The notes beneath the pieces are model-generated. The model saw only the letters and a program-made list of their open reading frames with translations, was not told the origin of the DNA and did not search any database. DNA of 64,000 nucleotides, from assembly GCA_964291235.2 (NCBI GenBank), contig OZ219815.1, positions 598,675 through 662,674 of the forward strand. Reading direction: 5' to 3'. The DNA comes from Vicinamibacteria bacterium (lineage in GTDB: Bacteria; Acidobacteriota; Vicinamibacteria; Marinacidobacterales; Marinacidobacteraceae). This document shows, piece by piece, positions 36,290 to 46,097 of the stretch. The translations under genes and the position numbers were made by a program. Position 1 is the stretch's first letter; the number at the start of each line of letters is the position of its first letter.

Positions 36290-37068
36290 CCCGGCGACCG
36301 GGCGCGCCGACGCCGGCGGAAATCATGGTCTTCGCGGCCTGTCGCGAGGTGCGCGACCGGGACTCCGTGTTTGTCGGGGTAGGCCTACCCAACCTCGCCG
36401 TGCAGCTCGCCCTTCGGCTCCACGCGCCGCGCTGTCACCTCATCTACGAGTCCGGGGTGTTCGGCGCCCGCCCCGTCCGGCTGCCGATCTCCATCGGGGA
36501 CCCGTGCCTCGTGACCGGGGCCGCTCAGGTGCTCCCGATGGCGGAAACATTCCTGTATTTCCTGCAGGGCGGGCGCACCGATCTGGGTTTTCTGGGCGCC
36601 GCCCAGATCGACCGCTACGGCAACCTCAACACAACAGTGGTGGGACCCGACTACGACCGGCCCAAGGTGCGTCTTCCGGGCGCCGGAGGAGCTCCCGATA
36701 TCGCCCTGAACGCGAGTCGGACCGTGATCATCGCGCGGCAGGATCGACGGAAGTTCGTCGAGACGCTCGACTTCCGCACCACCGTCGGCTGGGCGGAGGG
36801 CGGCAGGAGCCGGGAGGCGATCGGCGCGCCGGGAGGCGGTCCCGTCCGGGTGATCAGCGACCTCGGGGTGTATGGATTTGCCGGGGAGACCCGGGAGATG
36901 ACGCTCGAATCGGTCCATCCCGGAGTGACCCTGGATCAGGTGCAGGACGCGACCGGCTGGGATCTCAAGGTGTCCTCCTCGCTGGGCGTCACCGAGGCGC
37001 CGGACGAAACGATGCTCCGGCTACTCAGAGAGGAACTGGATCCGGATCGGATCTACCTCAAGGGTTGA
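36286..37068 (+). CDS. CoA-transferase subunit B
   Basis: It overlaps the subunit A stop. The translation shows EIMVFAACREVRDRDSVFVGVGLP...YESGVFG...GAAQIDRYGNLN. Confidence 0.8.
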   Translation: MTRRPGAPTPAEIMVFAACREVRDRDSVFVGVGLPNLAVQLALRLHAPRCHLIYESGVFGARPVRLPISIGDPCLVTGAAQVLPMAETFLYFLQGGRTDLGFLGAAQIDRYGNLNTTVVGPDYDRPKVRLPGAGGAPDIALNASRTVIIARQDRRKFVETLDFRTTVGWAEGGRSREAIGAPGGGPVRVISDLGVYGFAGETREMTLESVHPGVTLDQVQDATGWDLKVSSSLGVTEAPDETMLRLLREELDPDRIYLKG

Positions 37069-37838
37069 TGTACGGCGCGGTCATCGGCGACTACGTCGGC
37101 TCGCGCTACGAGTTCGGAAACCACCGCTCGACCCGGTTCGAGTTCTTTGGCTCCGGATGCCATTTCACGGACGACACGGTCTGTACGGCCGCCGTCGCCG
37201 ACATCCTGCTCCACGGCCGCGACCCGGTGGCGACCATGCAGGCGTGGTGCCGGCGCTATCCGGACTGCAGTTGGGGCGGCCGATTCGGCCGGTGGATTCA
37301 CGAACCAGCGCCGGCCCCTTACGGCAGTTACGGCAACGGAGCCGCGATGCGGGTCTCGCCGGCCGCGTTCCTGCATCGCGCCCGCCCGCTGGCCGAAGCC
37401 CTCGCCGCCGCCGATCGCGTCACCAGGATCACCCACGATCACCCGGAGGGGATGAAGGGCGCCCGCGCCACCACCCACGCGATCTGGCTGGCGTTCCAGG
37501 GAGAGACTGCCGGACCGATCGCGGCCGCAATCCACAAGACCTACGGGTACGACCTCTCGCGGAGCGTCGCCACCATCCGCGAGACCCACGAGTACAACGA
37601 GACGTGTCAGCGGACCGTGCCCGAGGCGCTGGTGTGCGCCTTTGAGGCCACAAACTTCGAACAGGCCATCCGGAACGCGGTTTCCCTCGGTGGCGATGCC
37701 GACACCCTGGCCGCGATTGCGGGACCGGTCGCGGAAGCCCTCTACGGCATTCCCCCGGATTTCATCTCCCTGGTGGAGACCGGGGTTCTCGGCGACGCAC
37801 CGGACATCCTCGCAGTCTTGAACGCGATGTACGCGTAG
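37068..37838 (+). CDS. ADP-ribosylglycohydrolase-family protein
   Basis: ATG 37068 overlaps the TGA of the previous gene. The translation shows MYGAVIGDYVGSRYEF...FTDDTVCTAAVA...GNGAAMRVSP...SLGGDADTLAAIAG. Confidence 0.8.
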   Translation: MYGAVIGDYVGSRYEFGNHRSTRFEFFGSGCHFTDDTVCTAAVADILLHGRDPVATMQAWCRRYPDCSWGGRFGRWIHEPAPAPYGSYGNGAAMRVSPAAFLHRARPLAEALAAADRVTRITHDHPEGMKGARATTHAIWLAFQGETAGPIAAAIHKTYGYDLSRSVATIRETHEYNETCQRTVPEALVCAFEATNFEQAIRNAVSLGGDADTLAAIAGPVAEALYGIPPDFISLVETGVLGDAPDILAVLNAMYA

Positions 37839-37858
37839 CGCCCACGCGCGTGGGCGCG
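37839..37858. terminator. Palindromic hairpin between convergent genes
   Basis: GCGCCCAC-GCGC-GTGGGCGC sits exactly between the stop at 37838 (+) and the stop at 37864 (-). There is no U-tract. Confidence 0.4.
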
Positions 37859-37863
37859 CCCCG

Positions 37864-40490
37864 TCAGTGTTGCCAGGAGTCGGCGATCGTGACATCGGCC
37901 ACCAGGGGGACCCTGAGTTCCGCGACGGATTCCATCTCGTGGCGGACGACCTCCCCGACGGCTTCGGCCTCGGCGGCATCTACTTCGACGAGCAGTTCGT
38001 CATGGACCTGAAGCAGCAGGAGTCCTGAAGTAGGCGCCAGCGCCCGGTCCACGCCGAGCATGGCGATCTTGATGAGGTCGGCCGCCGTCCCCTGGATCGG
38101 GGCGTTCACCGCCATCCGCTCCGCGGCCTCTCGCCGGGCCCGCTGGGTGGTGCGGATCTCGGGGATGTGCCGCTGTCTGCCGAAGAGAGTGGTCACGCGC
38201 CCCGTCGTGCGGGCTTCCTCCCGGATCGCCTCGATCAGGTCCGCAACCCGGGCGTAGCGGGCGAAGTAGGCGTCGATGAAAGCCTTCGCCTCTCCCGTCG
38301 AAACACCGATCTCCTTGGCCAGGGTGAACGCCGTCTTTCCGTAGATGACCGAGAAGTTCACGATCTTGGCCCGCCGGCGCGCCTCTGCCGGGCTCAGACC
38401 GAAGTCCCCGAAGACCTCGCCCGCGGTACGGGCGTGGATGTCTTCCCCGACCGGAACGCTTCGATGAGTACCGGATCGCCGCTCAGATGGGCCAGGATGC
38501 GGAGTTCGATCTGCGAGTAATCCGCCGACAGCAGACGTTTCCCGGGAGCGGCAATGAAAGCCTCGCGGACCTGGCGGCCAAGGTCGGAGCGGACCGGGAT
38601 GTTCTGCAGATTGGGATCCGAGCTCGAAAGCCGCCCGGTCGCGGCCACCGCCTGGTGCAGTCGAGTGTGGAGCCGGCCGGTTCCCCTGGCGACGAGCGCG
38701 GGCAGCGGGTCCACATACGTGCTCCTGAGCTTCGCGACCTCGCGGTATTCGAGGACCAGTCGCGGCACCTCGTGGTAGAGCGCGAGGTCTTCGAGCACAT
38801 CCGCCCGGGTGGAGGCGCGCTTGAGCTTTTGGGTCTTCGCGGTCTGCGGAAGCTGCAACTTGTCGAAGAGAACCTCCCCGAGCTGCTTGGGACTCTGGAT
38901 GTCGAAACGCATCCCGGAGAGCTCGTGGATTCGACCGGTCAGTTCCTCGAGCCGTGCCTCCAGCTCCTTGCTCAACGTACCGAGAGCCGCGGTGTCGAGG
39001 CAGATGCCACGGGTCTCGATACGGGCGAGCACGGGCAGCAGGGGCATCTCGATGTCGCGAAAGACACCGGAGAGACCCTCGGCCTCGAGGAGGCTGTCCA
39101 GTTCTTCCGCGAGTTGGTGCTGCCAGGCCGCCGCGACGGCCAATCGCTCGTCGGGTGTCGGGGTACCGAAGAGACTGGCCTGCTCCGGGCGCGGCTCGGG
39201 GAGGGCGAGGCTCACATAGTCGCGGAGCACATCGGAGAATCCCTGGGCCCGACGAGTCGTGTTGAGCAACCAGGCGGCCACCTGGGAGTCGTGGGCTACC
39301 TCCGGCAACCGTCCGCCCTGTTCGAGCCACCAACGAACGAACGGCTGCACGCCGTGACCGATCAGCGCTACACCGTCCGCAAGTGCCGGCCGGAGTGTCG
39401 CGACCAGGTCCTGGTCCCCGATCCGGGGGCCGACCGCAACCAGCAGCGGGTCCGTAGCGGAGGAGGCGATCCCGAGCGCGGTCAGCGGCGCCGGGTCACG
39501 GTCCCGGGACGCGCCGAACATCGCATGGACCGAGAGCCGCCCCGTGCGCCGGGCGCGTTCGACAACGCCGGCGACATCGGCGGGTCCGGCAGCGGTCTTC
39601 ACGGCGGGAAGCCGCGCCGGGGCGGCCGGCGCCAGGTCTCTGGCGTGGGTCCGGAGTTCGAGCTCCTCGAGCAGCTCGCGGGCGTCCTCCATCCGGGGGC
39701 CGTTGTACCGGAGGCCTTCGAGCTTCTCACCGGCCTCGGGGACGGGAACATCGAGCCGTAGCCGGGCGAGTTCCCGCGAAAGCCGGGCAGAGGCCGCGTG
39801 CTCGTCGAGCAGGGCGGCTGTCCGCTTCCGCGCGACTTCGCCGGTGCGGGCCAGGATCTCCTCGACGCCGCCGAACGAAGCGATGAGAGTCGCCGCGGTC
39901 TTGGGACCGATCCCCGGAACCCCGGGGATGTTGTCCACGGAGTCCCCGACGAGGCCGAGATAGTCGGGCACCCGCTCCGGCGGCACCTTCAGTTTCGCCT
40001 CCACCCCATCCCGATCGAGCCGCCTGGCGGTGTCGGCCGGCGGTACGACGCTGACCCGGTCGTCAACAAGCTGGAGCAGGTCCTTGTCGCCGGAAACGAC
40101 CAACACCCGGTACCCTCTGCCGCTCCCGGCGCGCGCGAGAGTTCCGATCACATCGTCCGCTTCCACTCCGGCGACCTCGACAACCGTCACTCCCAGCACC
40201 CGCGAAAGATCCCGCGTGAACGGAACCTGCTGCGCCAGTTCGACCGGCATTTCCGGCCGGTTCGCCTTGTACTCGGGATAGGCCTCGTGACGGAAGGTGG
40301 GGCCCGGCGCGTCGAAGGCCACCGCGGCGAACTCGGGAGCCTCCTCCCGGAGAATCTTCCGGAGCGTGGCGACGAAACCGTGGAGGGCGCCGTTCGGCAG
40401 GCCGTCGGACCGGGTCAGCCGGGGCATCGCGAAGAACGAACGGAACAGCAGGTTGTTGCCGTCCACCAGCAGCAGCGTCGCTTCAGCCAT
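37864..40490 (-). CDS. polA: DNA polymerase I, reading frame broken by a single-base frameshift at the C-run 38455-38458
   Basis: The N-terminal frame (track 38394-40745; start ATG 40490, MAEATLLLVDGNNLLFRSFFA) runs to ..QIELRILAHLSGDPVLIEAFRSG. The C-terminal frame (track 37864-39333) continues EDIHARTAGEVFG...VNFSVIYG...QVHDELLVEV. The total length of 2627 nt equals 3n-1. Confidence 0.9.
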
Positions 40491-40529
40491 CAAATATCGG
40501 AAACGCCCGGATTCTACGCAGCGGCGGCT

Positions 40530-41198
40530 GTGGTCCTCGCGGTTGGAGCCGGGCTCGGGTGCGCTCCGGCAGCGTGGGAAGAGCACCACCGGCTCGGACT
40601 CGACGGGTCCGGGCGCACCGTAGTTCGCATCTCCTCCGACCTGCTGCCCGGCAATACCCCGGTAGAAGCCCTCGTCACGCTCCGCGACCGGCTTTCCGGC
40701 GACGGGTTGACCGTCACCAGGACGCGCACCCGACGACGGGGACACGTCGAGGCCGTGGTCACCTTCGATTCCATCTCGAGTCTGTGCGAGACGGCCCTCC
40801 TCCGCCGCACCTGCGGCCTGCGGCGTACCGCGGACGGAGGATTCGATCTAAAGATGACGATCGAGCCCCAGCCGAACCTTCGCGCGCCGCCCGGGGAAGC
40901 CGTCGAGATCCGCCTGCGGACCGAAGGAAGGATCCTGGAGCACAACAGCGACAGCCGGCTCCAGCGGGGAAACGTCCTGTCCTGGGGTCGGCCGCTCGAC
41001 CAGTTCCTGGGAGAGGGACTGACCGTGCGGGTGCGGACCGACGGGACCAGCGTCTTCGCCGCGACGACGCGAATCGTGTTCCGGGGTGCGGTCATCGCGC
41101 TCGGAATCGTGGGACTTGGTCTGGCGCTGTTGGTGATCGAAGGGCGAAGGCGCCTCCGGCGGGAGAAGCGGAACGAGGAAATGGCTTCGGACGCGTGA
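40530..41198 (+). CDS. Hypothetical protein: possible lipoprotein N-terminus, C-terminal TM helix plus Arg-rich tail
   Basis: This is the 3' part of track ORF 39798-41198 that lies outside polA. GTG 40530 would give MVLAVGAGLGCAP. The C-terminus is AVIALGIVGLGLALLVIEGRRRLRREKRNEE. I recognise no family, and the start is uncertain. Confidence 0.35.
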   Translation: MVLAVGAGLGCAPAAWEEHHRLGLDGSGRTVVRISSDLLPGNTPVEALVTLRDRLSGDGLTVTRTRTRRRGHVEAVVTFDSISSLCETALLRRTCGLRRTADGGFDLKMTIEPQPNLRAPPGEAVEIRLRTEGRILEHNSDSRLQRGNVLSWGRPLDQFLGEGLTVRVRTDGTSVFAATTRIVFRGAVIALGIVGLGLALLVIEGRRRLRREKRNEEMASDA

Positions 41199-41210
41199 CG
41201 CTGGTTCGTT

Positions 41211-42128
41211 TCAACCGATCAGCGTCTCGAAGAACTCCGCCGCGACGTCAGCCGGCTGTTCCCCACCCACGTCCACCCGGCGGTTGAGCGCCCGCATCGT
41301 CTCGGTGCTGATCGCGCCGCCGAGACGCTCAGCCAGTTCAGCCACCGCGGGGTGGGCGTCCGCCCGGTAGAGCAGCGCGGACTCGTAGGGGGGGAACCAG
41401 CCGAGGTCGTCCTCAAGAACGAGCAGATCCAGCTTGGAGATCCGCCCATCCGTGGAGTTGCCGACCGCCACATCGGCCTGACCTGCCTCCATCACCTGGA
41501 AGACCATGTCCACTTCGACCTCGATCGACTCGGGCTGTTCGCTGAAGCCGTAGTGCTCCATCATCCCGCGGAGGCCGTCGGCCCTCTCGAAGAACGGATA
41601 TCCGGCGACGAAGAGGTACCCGGAAATCCGGGCCAGGTCGGAAATCGTCCGCAGGCCGCGCTCTCGCGCGAAGTCCCGGGGAACCGCGAGCACGTAGTCG
41701 TTCGAGAAACCGATCGGCGGGCCGAGCAGGAGATCGAAGCGCTCCCGGTAGAGATTCTTCACCCGCTGGTAGATCTCTCCGGCGGTCTGTCCCGCGACGA
41801 ACGTCTCGCGCATGATCGCCGAGTAGGACGTCCCGGTGTATTCGATGTAGCAGTCGAGATCTCCGTTCACGATGGCGGTGTGCAGGACGAAGGTCTGCAT
41901 CTGGAACCGTTCGGTGACCGCCAGCCCCGACGCCCTGAGGAGACGCGCGAGCAGCTCTCCCAGGATGATCTGTTCCGAATACGTCTTGGCCCCGAGCACT
42001 GCCGACGGCCCCTGGGGGCCACAGCGTGTTCCCCCGAGCCCGGGCGCGAGCAGGGCGCCGGAAGCACCCAAGTGCCGGAGGAAACGGCGGCGGCGCATGC
42101 CGCTGGCGGTGGGGAGGGTCGCTGTCAT
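41211..42128 (-). CDS. Glycine betaine/choline-type ABC transporter substrate-binding protein (Tat signal)
   Basis: It has MRRRRFLRHLGASGALLAP (twin-arginine signal) and OpuBC/OsmF-like content (KTYSEQIILGELLA...GDLDCYIEYTG). Confidence 0.8.
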   Translation of the reverse strand: MTATLPTASGMRRRRFLRHLGASGALLAPGLGGTRCGPQGPSAVLGAKTYSEQIILGELLARLLRASGLAVTERFQMQTFVLHTAIVNGDLDCYIEYTGTSYSAIMRETFVAGQTAGEIYQRVKNLYRERFDLLLGPPIGFSNDYVLAVPRDFARERGLRTISDLARISGYLFVAGYPFFERADGLRGMMEHYGFSEQPESIEVEVDMVFQVMEAGQADVAVGNSTDGRISKLDLLVLEDDLGWFPPYESALLYRADAHPAVAELAERLGGAISTETMRALNRRVDVGGEQPADVAAEFFETLIG

Positions 42129-42775
42129 GGGGAAACGGCTGCCCGCGACGCCACGAGGCGCGATTCGAGCTTCGCGAGGCCGGCGTCGGCGAGCAACGCG
42201 AGGAAGGCCGAGGGTATCGCCCCGGCGAAGAGCAGCCGCGAATCCAGCATGGCCAGCCCGCGAAAGATCAGCGACCCGAGGCCGCCAGCGCCGACCGCAG
42301 CCGCGATCGTCACCAGGCCGACACCGACCACGGTCGCGATCCGGATGCCCGAGAAGATGGAAGGGAGGGCGAGCGGCACCTCAACCAGCGTCAGCCGTTG
42401 CCAATCGGTCATCCCCATGCCGTTGGCAGCGTCGAGGATGGCCGGATCGACCTGTTTCACCCCGGTGACCGTGTTGCGGAGGATGGGCAACAGCGCGTAG
42501 AGGACGAGCGCGATGATCGCGGTCCGGCTACCGATGCCGCCAAGAAACGGCAGTGGGATCAGGAGACCGAAAAGCGCGAGCGACGGCACCGTCTGGATGA
42601 CCCCGGCGAAGCCAAGCACCGGGCGCGCCAGAGCCGGAATCCGCGTGATGGCAAGGCCGAGCGGAACGGCGATCAGCACGCCCGCCACCGTGGAAATCAC
42701 CACCAGCACCACATGCTCGAGCGTGAGGCTGAGAATCTCGGTCGAGCGGCTCGCCAGGAACTCCAGGAAGCTCAT
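42125..42775 (-). CDS. ABC transporter permease (OpuBB/YehW-like)
   Basis: It is multi-helix and hydrophobic, with an EAA-like segment DAANGMGMTDWQRLTLVEVPLALPSI. It overlaps both neighbouring genes by 4 nt. Confidence 0.85.
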   Translation of the reverse strand: MSFLEFLASRSTEILSLTLEHVVLVVISTVAGVLIAVPLGLAITRIPALARPVLGFAGVIQTVPSLALFGLLIPLPFLGGIGSRTAIIALVLYALLPILRNTVTGVKQVDPAILDAANGMGMTDWQRLTLVEVPLALPSIFSGIRIATVVGVGLVTIAAAVGAGGLGSLIFRGLAMLDSRLLFAGAIPSAFLALLADAGLAKLESRLVASRAAVSP

Positions 42776-43521
42776 CCGCCGGCCCCGATCGTGGCGCCCT
42801 CGATGAGGCCGCGGACCAGATCGTCAGCCGGCGCCTCCCGGATTTCCCGCGGCGTCGCCAACTGGCGGATCCCGCCGTCGGCGACCACCGCGATGCGGTC
42901 CGCCAGGCGGAAGGCTTCCGTAACGTCATGGGTGACGAAGAGCACGGTCTTGCCCAGCTCGCGCGCCAGGGATCGAAACTCCTCCTGAAGACTGCGCCGC
43001 CCGATCGGGTCCACCGCGCCGAAGGGCTCGTCCATGAGCAGCGCCTGTGGGTCGGCCGCCAGGGAACGCGCGACCCCGACGCGCTGGCGCTGCCCGCCGG
43101 ATAGCTGATCCGGGCGGCGGCGCCCGTGCTCGTGAGGGTCGAGACCGACCAGGAGCAGCATCTCGGCGGCCCGCTCGCGGCGGCGATCGGGACTCCAGCC
43201 CAGCAGGCGGGGCACGAGCGAGACGTTCTCGCTCACGCTCAGGTGCGGCAGCAAACCCACGCCCTGGATCGCGTATCCGATGCCGCGCCGGAGTTCGACC
43301 GCATCCCAGTCGTTCACCTCGCGATCACCCACGCGCACCTCTCCGGAATCGGCGGAAACCAGTCGGTTCACGAGGCGCAGCAGCGTCGTCTTCCCGCAGC
43401 CGCTCCGGCCGAGCAGGACGAGAATCTCTCCGGGCGTTACCTCGAGCGACACGCGGTTGAGGACGGTCTTGCCGCCAAAACGCTTTACGACCTCCCGGAA
43501 GGAGATCGCGACCCCTTTCAC
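42772..43521 (-). CDS. ABC transporter ATP-binding protein (osmoprotectant-type)
   Basis: It has Walker A GRSGCGKTT, the signature LSGGQRQRVGVARSL and Walker B LLMDEPFGAVD. Confidence 0.9.
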   Translation of the reverse strand: MKGVAISFREVVKRFGGKTVLNRVSLEVTPGEILVLLGRSGCGKTTLLRLVNRLVSADSGEVRVGDREVNDWDAVELRRGIGYAIQGVGLLPHLSVSENVSLVPRLLGWSPDRRRERAAEMLLLVGLDPHEHGRRRPDQLSGGQRQRVGVARSLAADPQALLMDEPFGAVDPIGRRSLQEEFRSLARELGKTVLFVTHDVTEAFRLADRIAVVADGGIRQLATPREIREAPADDLVRGLIEGATIGAGG

Positions 43522-44195
43522 CGCGCCGTAGAGGATCCCGGCGCCTCGGTTGGTTGTCCCTCGACCAGCACCTCGTCGGCCATTCCGGCAAAGAGTCCCG
43601 AGTCGAGCACTCCGGGGATTTCGCGAATCTCCCGGTGAAGCGCCGCCGGATCCGTGATTTCGCCGAAAGAGGCGTTGACGAGCAGATTCCCGTTGTCGGT
43701 CACGAATGGCTCCTCACCGGCTTCCATGCGGATGCGGGCCTCGGCCCCCATCGTCGTGAGGGCCCTTTCGACCTGCGGTGCGGCAAAGGGAATCGCTTCC
43801 ACGGGGACGGAGCGCTGGGCGCCGAGCCGGTGCGAGAGCTTCTCGGGACCCACCAGCACCACGAAGCGCGAGGCCGCCGCGGCGACGACCCGCTCCCGGA
43901 CCAGCGCCCCGCCGTGTCCCTTGATGAGATTCAGGTCCGGGTCCACCTCGTCGGCGCCGTCCACCGCGAGGTCCACGGCGGCCACCTCCCCGAAGGTAAC
44001 CAGCGGAATCCCGAGCGAGCGGGCCAGGCGGTCGGTGGCGAGCGAAGTGGGAATTCCCCGGACCGCGAGCCCGTCCCGCACCCTCGCTCCCAGTTCCCGG
44101 ACGAAACCGGCGGCCGCCCGCCCGGTGCCAAGTCCGATCACCATTCCGGATTGCGCCCACGAAGCGGCCCGGACGGCGATCTCCCAGTTACTCAA
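43518..44195 (-). CDS. rpiA: Ribose-5-phosphate isomerase A
   Basis: The translation shows GMVIGLGTGRAAAGF, VDLAVDGADEVDPDLNLIKGHGGALVRERVVA and FVVLV. Confidence 0.85.
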   Translation of the reverse strand: MSNWEIAVRAASWAQSGMVIGLGTGRAAAGFVRELGARVRDGLAVRGIPTSLATDRLARSLGIPLVTFGEVAAVDLAVDGADEVDPDLNLIKGHGGALVRERVVAAAASRFVVLVGPEKLSHRLGAQRSVPVEAIPFAAPQVERALTTMGAEARIRMEAGEEPFVTDNGNLLVNASFGEITDPAALHREIREIPGVLDSGLFAGMADEVLVEGQPTEAPGSSTAR

Positions 44196-44227
44196 GGCGG
44201 CTTGCGAGAGAGTACCGTCAGCAGCCC

Positions 44228-46075
44228 ATGGAGGAAAACCGAGGCGATGCGGTCACCCGGCTGCTGCCCTCGCCGCGCCGGTTTGAACGCCTGCCGGGCA
44301 CGTTCCGCCCTGGGGTCCGCTCCCGGATCGTCCCCGGTGCGGGAACCCCGGCGGAGCACGAGGCGGCAACGGTCCTTCAAGCTCGGCTCGGGGAGCGCGC
44401 CTCGGCGGGCGTCACCGTCGCCGCGTCGCCGACAACCGCCACCGGAAACCTTGTCCTGACCGAAGCCGGGGAGGACCCCGAGGGCTTCGACCTCCGGGTG
44501 GAGGCGGCGGGCGTGGTCCTTCGAGGGGGCGCGGCCGGACTGCGCTACGGAGCCGAAGCCCTGGCCCAACTCCTCGGCCCGGACGGCGGAATTCCCGCCG
44601 TTCACGTCCAGGACTCCCCCGCCCTCCGGCGGCGCGGCTTCTTGCTCGATATCTCCCGCGGCAGGGTCCCCCGCCCGGAAACCATCCGCGAGCTCATCGA
44701 AACCCTGGCGCGTCTTCGCTACAACGAGCTGCTGCTCTACACGGAGCACACCTTCCTGTTTGAAAAGCACCCCGAGATCGGCGCGGAGTCGGGGGGCTAC
44801 TCGGCGTCCGAACTTCGTGATCTCGACGCCTGCGCCCGACGGCACGGGGTGGAACTCGTCCCCTGCCTCCAGACGTTCGGCCACTTCCGGCGCATCCTGG
44901 AGAAGGCCCCCTACCGGTGCCTCGCGGAATCGGACCGGCTCTGGTCGGCCTCTCCGGAAGCGCCCGGGACCTATCCGCTGCTCGAGGACATGCTGGAGGA
45001 ATTCCTCCCGAACTTCGGCTCGGGCTGGGCCCACCTCAACTGTGACGAGCCGGTGGACCTCGGAAAGGGGCTTTCCCGGGAACGGGAGGCCCGCGAAGGG
45101 CCTGCGGCGGTCTTCGCAGGACACGTGAACCGGGTCGCCGCCATGGCGCGGAATCTCGGGAAGCGTCCGATGATCTGGGCTGATGTGCTGGCCGACCACC
45201 CCGAGGCGCTCGATCTGCTGGACGCGGACATCGTGCTCTGCGATTGGTGGTACGAACCGGATCACGACTTCGATCGGGTGCGGCGCTTTCGGGACGCCGG
45301 CCGAGATTTCCTGAGCGTCGCCGGTACCTCGTCGTGGAGCAGCCTGTTCCCACGCCTCGATACCTCCCTGCCGAACGTCCGGGGACACGCCCGCGCTGCA
45401 AAACGGTTCGGAGCCTCGGGGTTCATCATGACCGACTGGGGAGACGGGGGACACTTCAACCTGTTCGGGGGCTCCCTGTATCCGATCGCGGCGGCCGCCC
45501 AGGCCGCCTGGGGAGACGAAGATCGGGAAGAGACCGAGTTTGCGGCGGCGTTCTCGGAACACGTGGCCGGGGATGCGTCCGGGTTTTCGGGAGACTTCTG
45601 CCGCCGCTTGGGGCGGCTGCACGACGCCGGGTTCTCCCATTTCAACCATTCCCCCCTGAAGACGGTCTTCTTCGACACCCGGCTCCGCAGAAGCCCCCGC
45701 ACACCGGCCCGGCAAGCGCTGGAAGCCACCCTCCGGGAACTGCGCCGGCTGGCCGCCGAGGTGGGCACCCGCGGCCTTCCCTCGGGCCCCTCCGGGGCCG
45801 AGTGGCGGTTCGTGCTGGACGCCTCCTTGCTCGGCGCGGAGCGCGGTCTCGCGGCGCTTCGCTTGCGTGATGCCGAGCGCCGGGAGAATCGGGAAGACCG
45901 CCAGCTCGCCGCGGAACTCACCTCCCTGGCCGACCGGCAACGCGGCCTCGCCCGCCGGTTCCGGAAGCTGTGGCTGGCCACGAACCGACCGGAGGGCATC
46001 GAAACGGCGCAGAAGCTCTTTCGGAACGCGGTAAGGGCGCTCCGGAGGGCCGCTCGTTCCCTCGCGCCTGACTAA
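44228..46075 (+). CDS. Glycoside hydrolase family 20-like (beta-N-acetylhexosaminidase-like) protein
   Basis: The translation shows RRRGFLLDISRGRVPRPETIRELIETLARLRYNELLLYTEHTF (typical GH20 TIM-barrel start) and HLNCDEP (D-E pair context). Confidence 0.65.
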   Translation: MEENRGDAVTRLLPSPRRFERLPGTFRPGVRSRIVPGAGTPAEHEAATVLQARLGERASAGVTVAASPTTATGNLVLTEAGEDPEGFDLRVEAAGVVLRGGAAGLRYGAEALAQLLGPDGGIPAVHVQDSPALRRRGFLLDISRGRVPRPETIRELIETLARLRYNELLLYTEHTFLFEKHPEIGAESGGYSASELRDLDACARRHGVELVPCLQTFGHFRRILEKAPYRCLAESDRLWSASPEAPGTYPLLEDMLEEFLPNFGSGWAHLNCDEPVDLGKGLSREREAREGPAAVFAGHVNRVAAMARNLGKRPMIWADVLADHPEALDLLDADIVLCDWWYEPDHDFDRVRRFRDAGRDFLSVAGTSSWSSLFPRLDTSLPNVRGHARAAKRFGASGFIMTDWGDGGHFNLFGGSLYPIAAAAQAAWGDEDREETEFAAAFSEHVAGDASGFSGDFCRRLGRLHDAGFSHFNHSPLKTVFFDTRLRRSPRTPARQALEATLRELRRLAAEVGTRGLPSGPSGAEWRFVLDASLLGAERGLAALRLRDAERRENREDRQLAAELTSLADRQRGLARRFRKLWLATNRPEGIETAQKLFRNAVRALRRAARSLAPD

Positions 46076-46097
46076 CCCAGCGTCAGGACGGAAAACG

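Noticed and set aside
38455-38458. Programmed ribosomal frameshifting as the explanation for the polA split.
   Set aside because: There is no slippery heptamer or downstream structure, no precedent for polA, and two other genes show the same kind of 1-nt lesion. An indel error or a mutation is more parsimonious.
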